64,000 bases of DNA from an uncultured delta proteobacterium (GCA_963771175.1 CAVYSY010000021.1:236151-300150), one strand, 5' to 3'; numbered from the stretch's first letter, positions 51,437 to 62,785 are shown. A program made the numbers and translations. Notes: generated from the sequence alone by a model not told the origin.

Positions 51437-52200
51437 CTAGGACCTCCCGCCGTCGACGCTGAGGATCTGGCCGGTGATCCAGCCGGCTAGGTCGGACGCA
51501 AAAAACAACACGGCCGCGGCGATGTCGTCGGCGCTGCCGAGCCGTTTCAGATCGAGCGAATCCACGAGCTTCTGCTGGCCTTCCGCCCCATAGGATTCCC
51601 ACTGCCGCTCCGTGGTGGGGTTGGAGCGTACGAAGCCCGGCGCCACATTGTTGACGGTGATGTTCCAGGGCCCGAGCTCGTGGGCGAGCTGGCGGGTGAG
51701 GCCGATCTGCGCCGCCTTGGCAGCTGCGTAGGCCTGGATGCCGGTCAGGCTGATGCCGCAGGCCCGCGCCGCTGGAGATGTTGACGATCCGCCCGAAGCG
51801 CGCCGACTTCATCCCCGGCGCCACCGCCTGGCTGCAATAGAAGGCGCCGGTCACGTTGACGTCGAAGATCGCCTGCCAGTCCCTGGCCGGCACGGTTTCG
51901 ATCGGCCTATGGGTCTGGCCGAGCACGCCGCCGGCATCGTTCACCAGGATGTCGATCCGCCCGCGCGCGCCTTCCGCCTCGGCGACGAGGCGCTTCACCG
52001 CCTCCTGGTCGGTCACGTCGAGCCGGCGGACTTGGCAGCGCTCGCCGCAAAGGGCCTTGGTCTCGGCAAGCTCGCTCTCCAGGAGATCGCATCCCCACAC
52101 GGCGGCGCCCGCGCTTGGCGAAGGCTTGCGCGATGGCGCGACCGAAACCATGGGCGGCGCCGGTGACCAGCGCGGTCCGGCCGCTGAAGTCGAAGTTCAT
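51437..52200 (-). CDS. SDR oxidoreductase, frameshifted
   Basis: TGAAHGFG, IVNISSG, YAAAK, VNNVAPG, ITGQILSVDGG. Confidence 0.88.
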
Positions 52201-52225
52201 GATCGCGGTCCTTGCTTGCGATCCG

Positions 52226-53258
52226 TCATGCCGGCACGGCCTCGCCTAGGAGATCCAGGGCCTCCCAGCCCTGGGCCCGGCGTCCAGTCTCGATATCGCG
52301 GATCAGCTCGATGAGCCGGGCGGTCAGCGGCGTCGGCACGCCGTGCTGGCGGCCGAGCTCGACCACGGGGCCCAGCTGCACCTCGGTCTCGGTGCGCCGC
52401 TTGCGCACGGCGAGATCGCGCCAGATGCCGCTGTGGGTCTTGGCCGAGCGGCGATTGAAGGCCACCAGATCGTCGAGGGAGCTGAGCGCCGCGGCCTCGC
52501 TCATGCCCGGGCGGAAGGCGGCGGGATCGAAACCGTCGAAGGCCTCGGGCACCACCTTGCGCGCGGCCGCCACGGCCAGGGGCTCGCGCGCCAGCGCGAT
52601 GAACAGCCGGCGATGGCGCTCGGAGGCGAGGCAGTCGGCGATCGAGTCGTTGGTGAGGGCGGTCGCGATCAGCATCGCGCCATAGGCGAGCTTGCCCCAG
52701 AGATAGCCCCAGATGTTGTCGGTCAGCACTGCGCGCTCGCTCGAACTTGCGCAGCAGTTGATGCAGCTCCTGGAGGCGCGCCGTCTCCTTGCCGTCGATC
52801 TCGCCGATGACGACGGCGCCGCGACCAGCATAGTGGATCACGCCCGGCTCCATGTAGTCGGCGCCGAAATTGACGAAGCAACCCATGGTCCGTTACCTCG
52901 CCCAGGATCTCGGCGATGGTGAGCTCGTTGAGCCCGTTCTGGGCCGAGACGACGTAGCCGTCCTCGGTTACGTGGGGCAGCAAGGCGCGCGAGGCATCGG
53001 CCGTATCCTGGGCCTTGACGCAGAGGAAGACCCGCGCGAAGCGGCCCTGGAGCTGATCCGCCGTGACCGCCTTCGCCGGGACGGTGAATTCGACCATCGG
53101 GCCGGTGATGCCGAGGCCTTTCGTTGCATCGCCGCGACATGATCGCGATCGCGGTCGACGAAGGTCACGTCCTCGCCGGCCCGCACCAGATGGGCGCCGA
53201 TCGTCCCGCCGATGGCGCCGGCGCCCCAGACCAGGATCGGTCCGCGCTCTACAGCCAT
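52226..53258 (-). CDS. Ketopantoate-reductase (PanE/ApbA)-family oxidoreductase, frameshifted
   Basis: WGAGAIGG, LCVKAQD, SAQNGL, LWGKL, SGIWRDL...RRTE...G.VV..G..HGVPTP. Confidence 0.85.
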
Positions 53259-53953
53259 CCGGCTTCGATGACCTCCCGCGTTTCATCGACGGCGACCTGC
53301 CAGAGCGCCATCATCTCCTCGTCCTTGCGCTGATAGTAGCCCGCCGAAATTGCCGTCGCCCAGCAGGCTGCGAACGCGACTGGGGCGAAAGCTGACGGAT
53401 GCGCTCGACTTCCATCGGCTGCTTGCCACCGTCCGGCGCCGGCGCGTTTGCCAGGCGCGTCCAGGGGAAATTCTCCATCCAGGAGGCATGGGAGGCGACG
53501 GGATCGATTTCCTTCACCTTCTTCCAAGTCTTGGGCGCGTTGTACCAGTTGTGGAACTTCACCTGGACGGCGGGTCGTCGCCGCCATCCATTCGGCGGCC
53601 AGCGACTGGGCAGGTGCGTTGCCGCCATGGCCGTTGACGATGACGATCCGCCTGAAGCCATGGGCGGCGAGGCTGTCCAGGATGTCGCCGATCACCTTGA
53701 TGAAGGTCTCGACCTTCAGGGTGACCGTGCCGGGAAAGGCCATGAAATAAGGCGTGAGGCCATAGCTGACCGCCGGGAAGACAGGCACGCCGATGGGCGC
53801 CGCCGCATCTTCCGAGACCCGCTCCGACAGGATGCTGTCGACGGAGAGGCTCAGCTGCGCATGCTGCTCGGTGCTACCGGTGGGCAACACGGCGCGGTCG
53901 TCCTTGGCGAGATAGGATTCGACCTGGCTCCAATTCATCTCACTGATCTTCAA
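53249..53953 (-). CDS. Creatininase-family amidohydrolase, frameshifted
   Basis: PTGSTEQHA.LS..VD, FPGT, VNGHGGN, HASWME. Confidence 0.9.
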   Translation of the reverse strand: MKISEMNWSQVESYLAKDDRAVLPTGSTEQHAQLSLSVDSILSERVSEDAAAPIGVPVFPAVSYGLTPYFMAFPGTVTLKVETFIKVIGDILDSLAAHGFRRIVIVNGHGGNAPAQSLAAEWMAATTRRPGEVPQLVQRAQDLEEGEGNRSRRLPCLLDGEFPLDAPGKRAGAGRWQAADGSRAHPSAFAPVAFAACWATAISAGYYQRKDEEMMALWQVAVDETREVIEAGWL

Positions 53954-54132
53954 GCGGGCCTCCTGGGTATGGCGGAAGCGAAACGGACCGGCCGGGCGCA
54001 GAGCCCGGGGACAGCCTCCGGTGGAAACCAGCCTAGGCGCAATCGGCCGCGGGCTTCAAGCAGGCTTGGAGCGATTGACTTGTCCGCGCCGGCGTTCCTA
54101 CGATTTGACAAGGTAAAGGGACGAGAGACCCG

Positions 54133-55137
54133 GTGGCAGGATATCTGGCGCGACGTCTGATCCAGCTAGTCTTCGTCCTCATCGGGGTCAGCCTCGTCGT
54201 CTTCTTCACCATGCATGTTCTGCCGGGGGATGTCGCGACCCTGATGCTGGGCGACCGCGCCACGGCGCAGCAACTGGCCGATCTCCGCCATCAGCTAGGC
54301 CTCGATCAGCCGGTCTTCATCCAGTACTTCCGCTTCGCCGGCGACGCGCTGACCGGCGATTTCGGCCGGTCGCTGCGCACCAACGACCCGGCCTTCAAGG
54401 AGGTCTGGCTCGCCTTTCCAGTGACGATCCAGCTCGCGCTGGCCTCGCTTGTCATCGCCTCGCTCGTCGGCGTGCCGCTCGGTGTCTTCGCGGCCATCAA
54501 GCCGCATTCGGCCTTCGATAACGCGATCATGACCGTGTCGCTATTCGGCATCTCGATGCCGATTTTCTGGCTGGGGCTGATGCTGATCCTGGTCTTCGGC
54601 GGCATCCTGGGCTGGCTTCCCATCGGCGGCTTGCTCCCCATCGGCGATGCGGTGCCGCGGGTGACCGGCATGTCGGTGCTGGACGCGCTTTTCACCGGCA
54701 AGATCTCCGTAGTCGGAACGGCCTTGCGCTACCTGCTGCTGCCGGCGCTGACTTTGGCCACCATTCCCCTCGCCTTGGTGACCCGAATCACACGCTCGGA
54801 AATGCTCTCGGCCGGTTCCCTCGACCATGTGCGAACGGCACGGGCCAAGGGCCTGCCCGAATGGCGTGTGATCGTGAAGCACACGCTGCGCAACGCCCTC
54901 ATCCCGGTAGTGACGGTAATCGGTCTCCAACTTGGCCTGTTGCTCTCTGGCGCCGTGCTGACCGAGACGATCTTCGCGCTGCCCGGCCTCGGCCGGCTGA
55001 TGGTCGCCTCGATCCTGTCGCGGGACTATCCTGTGGTGCAGGCGGGCGCGCTGCTGACGGCCTTCGTCTTCGTGCTGGTCAATTTGCTGGTCGACATCTC
55101 CTACGCCTATCTGGACCCCAGGATCCGCTACCGATGA
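54133..55137 (+). CDS. dppB: Peptide/nickel ABC transporter permease
   Basis: LPGD, GLDQP, GDFGRS, TARAKGL, RDYPVVQ, LDPRIR. Confidence 0.92.
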   Translation: MAGYLARRLIQLVFVLIGVSLVVFFTMHVLPGDVATLMLGDRATAQQLADLRHQLGLDQPVFIQYFRFAGDALTGDFGRSLRTNDPAFKEVWLAFPVTIQLALASLVIASLVGVPLGVFAAIKPHSAFDNAIMTVSLFGISMPIFWLGLMLILVFGGILGWLPIGGLLPIGDAVPRVTGMSVLDALFTGKISVVGTALRYLLLPALTLATIPLALVTRITRSEMLSAGSLDHVRTARAKGLPEWRVIVKHTLRNALIPVVTVIGLQLGLLLSGAVLTETIFALPGLGRLMVASILSRDYPVVQAGALLTAFVFVLVNLLVDISYAYLDPRIRYR

Positions 55138-56003
55138 CCGTGGCTGCGCAAGGGATGGCGCCCAAGCGGCGGCGCTCGCCGCTGGCAGCGCTGCTGCGCC
55201 GGCCGACGGCGCGCGCCGGCGCGGCCATCGTCTGCCTTTTTCTGTTCCTGACCGCCTTCGCCGCCCTGATCGCGCCCTATGATCCCTTCGACCAGGATCT
55301 GTCTGCGGCCCTCACGGCGCCATCGGCGGTGCATGTCCTCGGCACCGACCAGTATGGCCGCGACGTGCTGAGCCGGATCATCTACGGCTCGCGCACGGCG
55401 CTGCTGGCGATCGTCGTCGCCGATGGAATCGCGCTTGCGTTCGGCGCGGCGCTCGGGTTGTTGGCGGGGTTCCTGGGCGGCAGGACGGATGCCTTGGTCA
55501 TGCGGGTGGTCGACGTGCTACTGGCTTTTCCCTACCTGCTGCTGGCGCTCATCATCGTCGCGGCGCTGGGCCCGAGCCTGATCAACTCCATCGTGGCCAT
55601 CGGCGTCGTCTACACGCCTCAATATGCCCGCCTGATCCGCGGCCAGGTCCTGTCGATCAAGACGACGGAATACGTGCTGGCCGCGCGCGCCGTGGGCGCG
55701 AGCCCGCTCCGAATCATGCTCCGCCACGTGCTGCCCAACAGCTTCACGCCCCTCCTGGTGATGGCCACGCTCCAGTCCGGCACCGTGGTGGTGGAGACGG
55801 CGGGGCTCTCCTTCCTCGGCCTCGGCGCCCAGCCGCCCTCGCCCGACTGGGGCGCGCTGCTGGCGGACGGCCAGAGCTATTTCCTCACCGCCTGGTGGAT
55901 CGCCACCTTCCCCGGCCTGGCGATCTTCGCCGTGGTGATCGGCTTCAACCTGTTCGGCGACGCCTTGCGCGATTTTTTTGATCCGCGCCGGCGGGGAGCC
56001 TGA
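55134..56003 (+). CDS. dppC: Peptide/nickel ABC transporter permease
   Basis: [46 protein letters not shown] overlap with dppB. Confidence 0.92.
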   Translation: MTVAAQGMAPKRRRSPLAALLRRPTARAGAAIVCLFLFLTAFAALIAPYDPFDQDLSAALTAPSAVHVLGTDQYGRDVLSRIIYGSRTALLAIVVADGIALAFGAALGLLAGFLGGRTDALVMRVVDVLLAFPYLLLALIIVAALGPSLINSIVAIGVVYTPQYARLIRGQVLSIKTTEYVLAARAVGASPLRIMLRHVLPNSFTPLLVMATLQSGTVVVETAGLSFLGLGAQPPSPDWGALLADGQSYFLTAWWIATFPGLAIFAVVIGFNLFGDALRDFFDPRRRGA

Positions 56004-56010
56004 GGCGCCG

Positions 56011-57054
56011 ATGGCAGGCGAGCCGCTGCTCGAGGTCGAGGACCTCCAAGTCGAATTCGCGACCGAGGAAGGCAAGCTCCGCGCCGTGGATGGGCTTTCC
56101 TTTACCATCGCCAAGGGCGAAACCCTGGTGATCGTCGGGGAATCCGGATCGGGCAAGTCGGTGACCGGGCTTTCCCTCATGCGCCTGATCGCGAGTCCGC
56201 CGGGTAGACTCGCCGGCGGCCGGCTGACATTTCTCGGCCGGGATGGGCGTCCGCGTGATCTCGCAAAGCTGGACGAAGCGGCGATGCGCGATCTGCGCGG
56301 CAACGAGATCGCGATGGTCTTCCAGGAGCCCATGACCTCCCTCAACCCGGTCTACACCGTGGGCGAGCAGGTGATGGAGGCGATCCGCCTGCACCAGAAA
56401 ACCACAGCGGCCGCCACTCGCGCCCACGCCCTGGAGATGTTCGAACTGCTCGGCATCCCCGAACCCGAAAAGCGCCTCGATGCCTATCCGCATCAGATCT
56501 CCGGCGGCATGCGCCAACGGGTTATGATCGCCATGGCGCTCTCCTGCCGGCCGGCTCTGCTCATTGCGGACGAACCGACCACCGCCCTCGACGTCACAAT
56601 CCAGGCCCAGATCCTGGAGCTGATGGCCCGCCTGCAGCGGGAGCTGGGCATGGCGGTGATCTTCATCACCCACAATCTCGGGGTCGCGGCCGAGATCGCC
56701 GACCGGATCCTGGTCATGTATGCCGGCCGCGGCGTCGAGTATGGGCCAGCGAGGACCGTTCTGCGGGACCCGCACATGCCTTACACCATCGGCCTGCTCG
56801 AGTCCGTACCGCGGCTCGGCATGGACCCGACCTCGGCCGATCTCCAGGCCATTCCAGGCAACGTCCCCAACCCGCTGCATCCGCCGGCGGGCTGCTCCTT
56901 CCATCCGCGCTGCGCCCATGCCCGGCCCGGTCTTTGCGACGTTCAGGCGCCGCCGCTGGAGGCCTGCGCACCCGATCACCTGCTGCGCTGCCTGCGCTGG
57001 CGCGACATCGCGAGTGAGCGCGTCGCGCTCGCCCGCAAGGCCGCGACATCATGA
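56011..57054 (+). CDS. dppD: Peptide ABC transporter ATP-binding subunit
   Basis: [35 protein letters not shown]. Confidence 0.92.
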   Translation: MAGEPLLEVEDLQVEFATEEGKLRAVDGLSFTIAKGETLVIVGESGSGKSVTGLSLMRLIASPPGRLAGGRLTFLGRDGRPRDLAKLDEAAMRDLRGNEIAMVFQEPMTSLNPVYTVGEQVMEAIRLHQKTTAAATRAHALEMFELLGIPEPEKRLDAYPHQISGGMRQRVMIAMALSCRPALLIADEPTTALDVTIQAQILELMARLQRELGMAVIFITHNLGVAAEIADRILVMYAGRGVEYGPARTVLRDPHMPYTIGLLESVPRLGMDPTSADLQAIPGNVPNPLHPPAGCSFHPRCAHARPGLCDVQAPPLEACAPDHLLRCLRWRDIASERVALARKAATS

Positions 57055-58049
57055 ACGAGACCGCGAGCAGTCCGCCCTCGCCGATGCTGGACGTGCGCGG
57101 CCTAAAGAAGTGGTTCGACGCCAGCGAGGGTCTCTTCGGTACTTCCCGCCTGCATGTCCATGCGGTGGAGGACATGTCGTTCCATGTCGGCGAGGGTGAG
57201 ACCGTCGGGCTGGTCGGAGAGTCAGGCTCCGGCAAGACCACCGTCGGGCGCTGCATCCTCCGGCTCATGGATCCCACCGCCGGCGAGATCTTGTTCCAGG
57301 GCCGCGACATCGCGCGACTGCCGGAGCGGGCGCTCAAGTCGTTCCGCCGGCAGGCTCAGCCGATCTTTCAGGATCCCTTCGCCTCGCTCAATCCGCGCAT
57401 GCGCTGCGAAGACATCATCGCGGAGCCGCTGATCGTCCACGGTCTGGTGCGAAATCGCGAGGAGCGGCGCGAGAAGGTCGCGGCACTCATGGGATCGGTG
57501 GGATTGGCGCCTGAGTTCATGCGCCGCTATCCCCACGAATTCTCCGGCGGCCAGCGCCAGCGCATTGGTATCGCCCGCGCGCTTGCTATTGGTCCCAGCT
57601 TCATCCTCGCCGACGAGCCGGTCTCCGCCCTCGACGTCTCGATCCAGGCCCAGATCGTCAACCTGCTGCGCGATCTCAAGCGGCGCCTCGGGCTCACCAT
57701 GCTGTTCATCGCCCATGACCTCGCTGTGGTGGAGTATCTGTCCGACAGGATCGTCGTCGTCTATCTGGGGCGGATCATGGAGATCGGGCCCTCGCGCGAG
57801 CTCTGCTCGCGCCCGAAGCATCCCTATACTGAGGCCCTGCTCTCGGCCGTGCCGACGGTCGATCCCGACCGCAAGAGCAAGCGCATCGTGCTGAAAGGCG
57901 ACATCCCGAGCCCGATCCAGCCGCCCTCCGGCTGCGTCTTCCGCACCCGCTGCCCCTATGCCATCGCCGACTGCGCGAGGGAAGTTCCGGCGCTCCGCGA
58001 GATCGCGCCCGGCCGCTTCAAGGCCTGCATCCGGGACGACGTACTGTAG
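57051..58049 (+). CDS. dppF: Peptide ABC transporter ATP-binding subunit
   Basis: [40 protein letters not shown]. Confidence 0.92.
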   Translation: MNETASSPPSPMLDVRGLKKWFDASEGLFGTSRLHVHAVEDMSFHVGEGETVGLVGESGSGKTTVGRCILRLMDPTAGEILFQGRDIARLPERALKSFRRQAQPIFQDPFASLNPRMRCEDIIAEPLIVHGLVRNREERREKVAALMGSVGLAPEFMRRYPHEFSGGQRQRIGIARALAIGPSFILADEPVSALDVSIQAQIVNLLRDLKRRLGLTMLFIAHDLAVVEYLSDRIVVVYLGRIMEIGPSRELCSRPKHPYTEALLSAVPTVDPDRKSKRIVLKGDIPSPIQPPSGCVFRTRCPYAIADCAREVPALREIAPGRFKACIRDDVL

Positions 58050-58059
58050 GTGGAAGCAT

Positions 58060-58174
58060 CCCCCTCACCTAGCTTCGGGTAGGGCTCGGCTGCGCCTCGC
58101 CAACCCTCCGCAACCGTCTCCCCACTGGGGGCAATATCCCCTCCCCCACTGAGGGAGAGGGTAGGGTGAGGGGG
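58060..58174. repeat. REP-like palindromic element between convergent genes
   Basis: CCCCTCACC(T)A...CTCCC / GGGAGAGGGTAGGGTGAGGGG inverted arms, a common proteobacterial intergenic repeat type. Confidence 0.65.
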
Positions 58175-58200
58175 ACCGACGCGAAAAGTCGCTGGCCGAC

Positions 58201-59802
58201 TTACGATAGCGACACCTTCTCCATGCCGAAGAACATCTGGGTCGGGTTCAGCACATAACCCTGGACCCGCTTGCTCGCGGCGCGAACCTGCTCCAGCGAG
58301 TTGATGAAGACCCAGGGCGCGTCGTCCATGATCGTCTTCTGCGCCTGCTGATAGAGGGCCACGCGCTTGTCGTGGTTGGCCTCGTGCTGCGCCTGGCGCA
58401 AGGCGGTGTCAACATCCGGGTTCTTATAGCGGCTGGTGTCGCCCACCGGGATGTTGTCCGAGGAGAATAGTTCGTAGAGGAAGTTGTCCGGGTCGCCGTT
58501 GTCGCCGGTCCAGCCGACCATGAACAGGCCCGGGTACTTGCCGGAGCGGATCTGGCTCAGGAACGAGCCCATCTCCATCTTGGTCACCGAGACCTCGACG
58601 CCGACCTTGGCGAGATAGCCCTGGATCGCGACCGCCAGTTCCGGCCCCGCCGAGTTGTAGCCGCGGGCCGAATTGTAGGTCAGCAGCTCGGCCTTGAAGC
58701 CGTTGCCAAGCCCGGCCTCGGCCAGCAGGCTCTTGGCCTTGCCCGGATCGTAGGAATAGCCCTTGAGCGAAGGATCGAAGCCCCACTGGGCTTCCGGCAG
58801 CGGCGAAGTCATCGGCACGGCGAGGCCCTGGAACAGCGATTTATTGATCGCATCCTTGTCGACGGCGTAGTTGAGCGCCTGGCGCACGCGCTTGTCGCTG
58901 AAGGGCGCGGTGTCGAAGGGCATGCCCATGCCGCTGATTGCCAAGCCCGGCTGGGTCATCAGGACCAGGCCGCTGTCGGCCTTGATAGCAGGCACGAGCT
59001 GCGAGTTGACGTCGGCCAGGATATGGACGTCGCCCTGGCGCAGCGCCAGTAGCGAGGCCTGAGCGTCAGGATTGATCTTGAAGATCAAGCGGTCCAGCTT
59101 CGGCGCCCCGCCCCAGTAGTTCTTGTTGGCCTCCAGGATGATCTGGTCGTTGTGGCGCCACTCCTTGAACACGAAGGGCCCGGTGCCGACGGGATTGTTG
59201 CGGAAGTCCTTGCCGGACTTGATCGCCGCGTCCGGGCTGACCACGCCGTTCCAGACCATGGCAAGGCTGGTGAGGAAGGGCGCGAAGGCATGCTTCAGCT
59301 GGAACGAGACGGTGTTGTCGTCGATGACCTTGTAGGAATCGACGGCGCCATAGGTGAAGTCGATGTAGCTCTCGACGGGACCGGTGTTGTAGATCGAGTT
59401 CGGGTCGTCTTTCTTCAGGCGGTCGAGGCCCTTCACGAAGCTCTGGGCGTTGAAGGGCGTGCCGTCATGGAAGGTGACGCCCTTGCGCAGGTGGAAGGTG
59501 TAGGTCATGCCGTCGTCCGAAGCCTCCCAGCTCTCGGCGAGACCGGGTCCGACCTCGACCGTGCCCAGCTTGTAGTTCAGCAGGCCGTCATAGATCGTCG
59601 CCATCACGAAGCCGGAGCTGTTATTCAGCACCGCCTCGGGATCGAGGCCGGTCGGGTCCGCCTGCTGGGAGATCACCAGCGTCCCGGTATCGGCGGCTCT
59701 GACGATCGTCGGACGCGCGGCGACGAAAACGCCGGCTCCGGCGGCGCCCTTCAGCAGGCTGCGGCGAGAAATCTTGGTTTGCTGACGTGTCATGCGGGGC
59801 AT
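58201..59802 (-). CDS. Family 5 ABC substrate-binding protein with a Tat signal
   Basis: SRRSLLK twin-arginine motif; LAESWE.S.DG.TYTF.LRKGV.FHDG.PF; PVGTGPF; VRQALNYAVD. Confidence 0.93.
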   Translation of the reverse strand: MPRMTRQQTKISRRSLLKGAAGAGVFVAARPTIVRAADTGTLVISQQADPTGLDPEAVLNNSSGFVMATIYDGLLNYKLGTVEVGPGLAESWEASDDGMTYTFHLRKGVTFHDGTPFNAQSFVKGLDRLKKDDPNSIYNTGPVESYIDFTYGAVDSYKVIDDNTVSFQLKHAFAPFLTSLAMVWNGVVSPDAAIKSGKDFRNNPVGTGPFVFKEWRHNDQIILEANKNYWGGAPKLDRLIFKINPDAQASLLALRQGDVHILADVNSQLVPAIKADSGLVLMTQPGLAISGMGMPFDTAPFSDKRVRQALNYAVDKDAINKSLFQGLAVPMTSPLPEAQWGFDPSLKGYSYDPGKAKSLLAEAGLGNGFKAELLTYNSARGYNSAGPELAVAIQGYLAKVGVEVSVTKMEMGSFLSQIRSGKYPGLFMVGWTGDNGDPDNFLYELFSSDNIPVGDTSRYKNPDVDTALRQAQHEANHDKRVALYQQAQKTIMDDAPWVFINSLEQVRAASKRVQGYVLNPTQMFFGMEKVSLS

Positions 59803-60014
59803 CGGTTTCCTCCCATCTGGCGGTGGCGCATCTTCTCGGCGACCGGCGGGCATTAGTGCCGTCTTCGATCGGTCGACTGTGCGGCAGCTCGGCTTCTATG
59901 CCCGGGGCCCCCCGAAGGCAGGCGAGGCTTCGCCGCCCCCCGGGGGCGGCTGCGGATCAAAGCACAACCCTTCGGAGTCGGCAATTAGGGGCGACTAAAC
60001 ATCCGTTTAGCCGG

Positions 60015-60990
60015 CTACTCGACCCCCACCCCGCAGACGAGGCCGTTCTTGGCAATGGCCGGGCTGACCAGCATGAACAGGATCTGACCCTTGTCGGGTG
60101 CCGCCACCTCCTCGATCACCCGGCCATAGAAATCGACCAGGCTGCCCGAGATTCTGACCGGCTGCGACTTCGTCGCCCACCTTGATCGCCGGCCGGAAGA
60201 ATCCGGCCTCGCAGGTACGCACCCAGGCAAAGCGGCCGAAGCGGCGCGGCGGTGGCAGGTTGCGCAAGGTTCCCGGAATGACTTCGAGGCTGCGCAGCAC
60301 GTTCTCGAGCCCGCCCAGCATCCGCTCGGCAATCGTGCTGTCGTACTGGCCCGCGCCGCCGTCCTCGGCGATCATCGCCGGCACGCCGAGCCCCGCCGCC
60401 GTGGCGTAAGCCAGGCCCGAGACCGGCGCGCCATGGCTGCGCTGGACGATGACCGCCGGCGCGCCGAAGACCTCGGCCATCTGCCGGCTCTTGGCGTCGA
60501 CTTCGGAATTGCCCGTCTCGTGGTAGATGTTGAACGGCACCAGGGCTTCGGGCACGTCGCCGCCATGCATGTCGATATAGGCGTCGGCGCCGCGGATCGC
60601 CTTCTCGACCAGATGGTAGGCGAGACGCTCGCTGAAGCTACCCTTGGCCTTGCCGGGAAAGACGCGGTTCAGGTTCAGGTTGTCGATCGGCGAGACATAG
60701 GCCGTGCGCTCCCAGAAGGCCGACGGGTTCATCACCGGCAGGCAGAGGACTTGGCCCTTGACCGTCTTGGGATCGAGGGCTGCGCCAAGCCGCACAACCG
60801 CGTCGATCGAGGCATATTCCGAGCCATGGATGCCCCCGGTCACCAGCACCGCGGGCCCGCTCTGGGCGCCGTTGACGGCGACATAGGGCCATTCCCAGCC
60901 GACCAGGACCGGATCGCCCCAGTCGACCTTGCCCGTCGCCTTGCTGCCGGCTGCCGGGCCGGGCACCAGGGGAAATTTCCAGTCGGCCAT
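60015..60990 (-). CDS. Succinylglutamate desuccinylase/aspartoacylase-family (M14) hydrolase, frameshift near 60150
   Basis: GGIHGSE, NLNRVFPG, IDMHGG; GGAGG RBS before MADWKF. Confidence 0.9.
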
Positions 60991-61044
60991 GTCCTTCCTC
61001 CCATCAATCCGTCCTTCGAGGGCCCGCATGCTAACCTCTGCGAG

Positions 61045-61300
61045 GCGGGGGTGGGGAGGGGTGGGCAGGTCGAGAGACAAAATTTCTTCAGCTTATGTCG
61101 AGATGCTTGACATCGAGATTCGTCACCCCGTCGTCCTGTCGCCGGGGTCCCGTTCCTGGCTGGCGGGGGGTAGGGAGGTCGAGAGGCAAAATTTCTTCGG
61201 CCTATGTCGAAACCGTTGATGCCGAGATCATTTACCCCACCCCCATCGTCCTCGAGCCGATGGAACGATTCCTCGCCGGCGGGGGGGGGGGCAGAGCGAC
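61045..61300 (+). repeat. Second array (about 2.5 units) of the ~100-bp repeat family
   Basis: GGTCGAGAG.CAAAATTTCTTC.GC.TATGTCGA occurs twice, 109 bp apart; cores CCCCGTCGTCCTGTCGCCGGGGTCCCGTTCC and CCCCATCGTCCTCGAGCCGATGGAACGAT; ATGTCGAGATGCTTGA is shared with 49519-49534. Confidence 0.88.
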
Positions 61301-61306
61301 CGCGAT

Positions 61307-61500
61307 CTCTATAATCAGGGTGAGCCTGGACCAGACATTTCCTGCGCGCAATGGCTGAAGGAGAAGGACATCATAGCGATTGGTGCTGATAATTTTGCGG
61401 TAGAACGAATGCTGGTGCGTGAAAGCGATCGGAGAAATCCCTGGCTACATACTGTCGTTCTGCGTGACCTCGGAATCTACTTGATTGAAAATCTTGACCC
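61307..61500 (+). pseudogene. Internal fragment of a cyclase-family (kynurenine-formamidase-like) protein
   Basis: EPGPDISCAQWLKEKDIIAIGADNFAVE...LHTVVLRDLGIYLIENLD; no start or end of the gene present. Confidence 0.7.
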
Positions 61501-62108
61501 TCGAGGTCCTTGGGGACGCTCAATAGACGGTCGCGGAGGGTGTCGCAAAGCACGCCGATGGCGGCGACCTCTTCCGCGATCCCTTCAACAAGGAGCGCAA
61601 CCTCCTCGTCGATCGGCTCGTCTGTCAACAGCAAAGCGGGGCTGTTGTTATTGCTGGCGAGCCATTCCCGGTGCCGTCGCTCGTCTTCCAGAATTCGCGT
61701 AATCGTTTCCTGAGAGCGGGCGAGCTTCGCAAGTTGCTCGTTTTCGCTCAACAGCGCCTGTGCGGCCGACATGGTTTCCGACCCATAATGTGGCTCCTCG
61801 ATCTTTTTCTCAACCGAGTCCTCCCCGGTGAACGGCGGCCAGGCAGATGCCCCGAAGTTCCATTCGCTCCGCACCGGCTCGTCGAGCGCCTCCTCGACGC
61901 CCTCGACGAGTGCGCGCGCGAACGCCTCCTCGGCCGCCGCGACTTGCTTCGCCTCGATCTCTGCGCACGCGAGGCAGAGGCGGTGATCGCCGGATTGCAC
62001 ATAACCCTCACCGGCAAGGATACGGTACCCGCAGAGGCCATCCCAGTCGCCCAGATGACCTTCGCACCAGAAGGCGGTGTGAGCCCGGTGGATCCCTCGA
62101 CCGATCAT
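61371..62108 (-). CDS. Hypothetical protein; the last ~45 codons probably read across a junction into the antisense of the cyclase fragment
   Basis: Cys/His-rich N-terminus (WCEGH...LCGY...HRLCLAC), acidic helical body, translationally coupled to upstream tiny ORFs. Confidence 0.5.
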   Translation of the reverse strand: MIGRGIHRAHTAFWCEGHLGDWDGLCGYRILAGEGYVQSGDHRLCLACAEIEAKQVAAAEEAFARALVEGVEEALDEPVRSEWNFGASAWPPFTGEDSVEKKIEEPHYGSETMSAAQALLSENEQLAKLARSQETITRILEDERRHREWLASNNNSPALLLTDEPIDEEVALLVEGIAEEVAAIGVLCDTLRDRLLSVPKDLEGQDFQSSRFRGHAERQYVARDFSDRFHAPAFVLPQNYQHQSL

Positions 62109-62785
62109 TATTTCGGCCGGTTCCCTCTTAAGTTCAACGCGAGTTGCCGAGCGCGGCTGGACCGGACGCCCGTTCGTACGGTCCGAGCGTTCATGACACC
62201 AACTGCGTGACCGGGACAGCTCCCGGAACGTTCATCCGCGATGCGGCGCGCAAGGCGACTTGAGCAGTGTCCGTGCTTGCAATCGTCATTTCTTTTTCTC
62301 CTGGCTGAGCCGGAGGGGTCCTAATCAGCGCTGATGTTATCTCTTTCGGCACAAACAAGAGCGACAGCGTCGCCCAGACGATCGCTACTCACAAGGTTTA
62401 AGGCAAAGGCAACCTGATCACCGCCGAATTTGAAAACCCACTACAAGTCGAATGGAAGAAGGTGCGCTGACGTTCCGTTAACCTTCAAGGTATTGTTGTG
62501 GCACTCGAAGAACCGACATCGAGTATTCCACAACGTGATATTTGGATGCCAACATTTCGCCAACTTCAGACTCTTGCCCAGGAAGCCGAATCACTTCAAA
62601 GGTTGAAGTGTCGCCGGACGGTCGAATGGGATTTTCGCAGGGATTAGGCGGCTGATAGCTACTCCGCCAGGAGGACGGAACCGTCCCGTCCTCACCTTGA
62701 GCGGAGCGAGTGTCGGATCGGATGTGACCCTTGGGTGGAATACACCCATGTCCGCACCACGTCCCACCTACGAGAGGCTAGGGAT

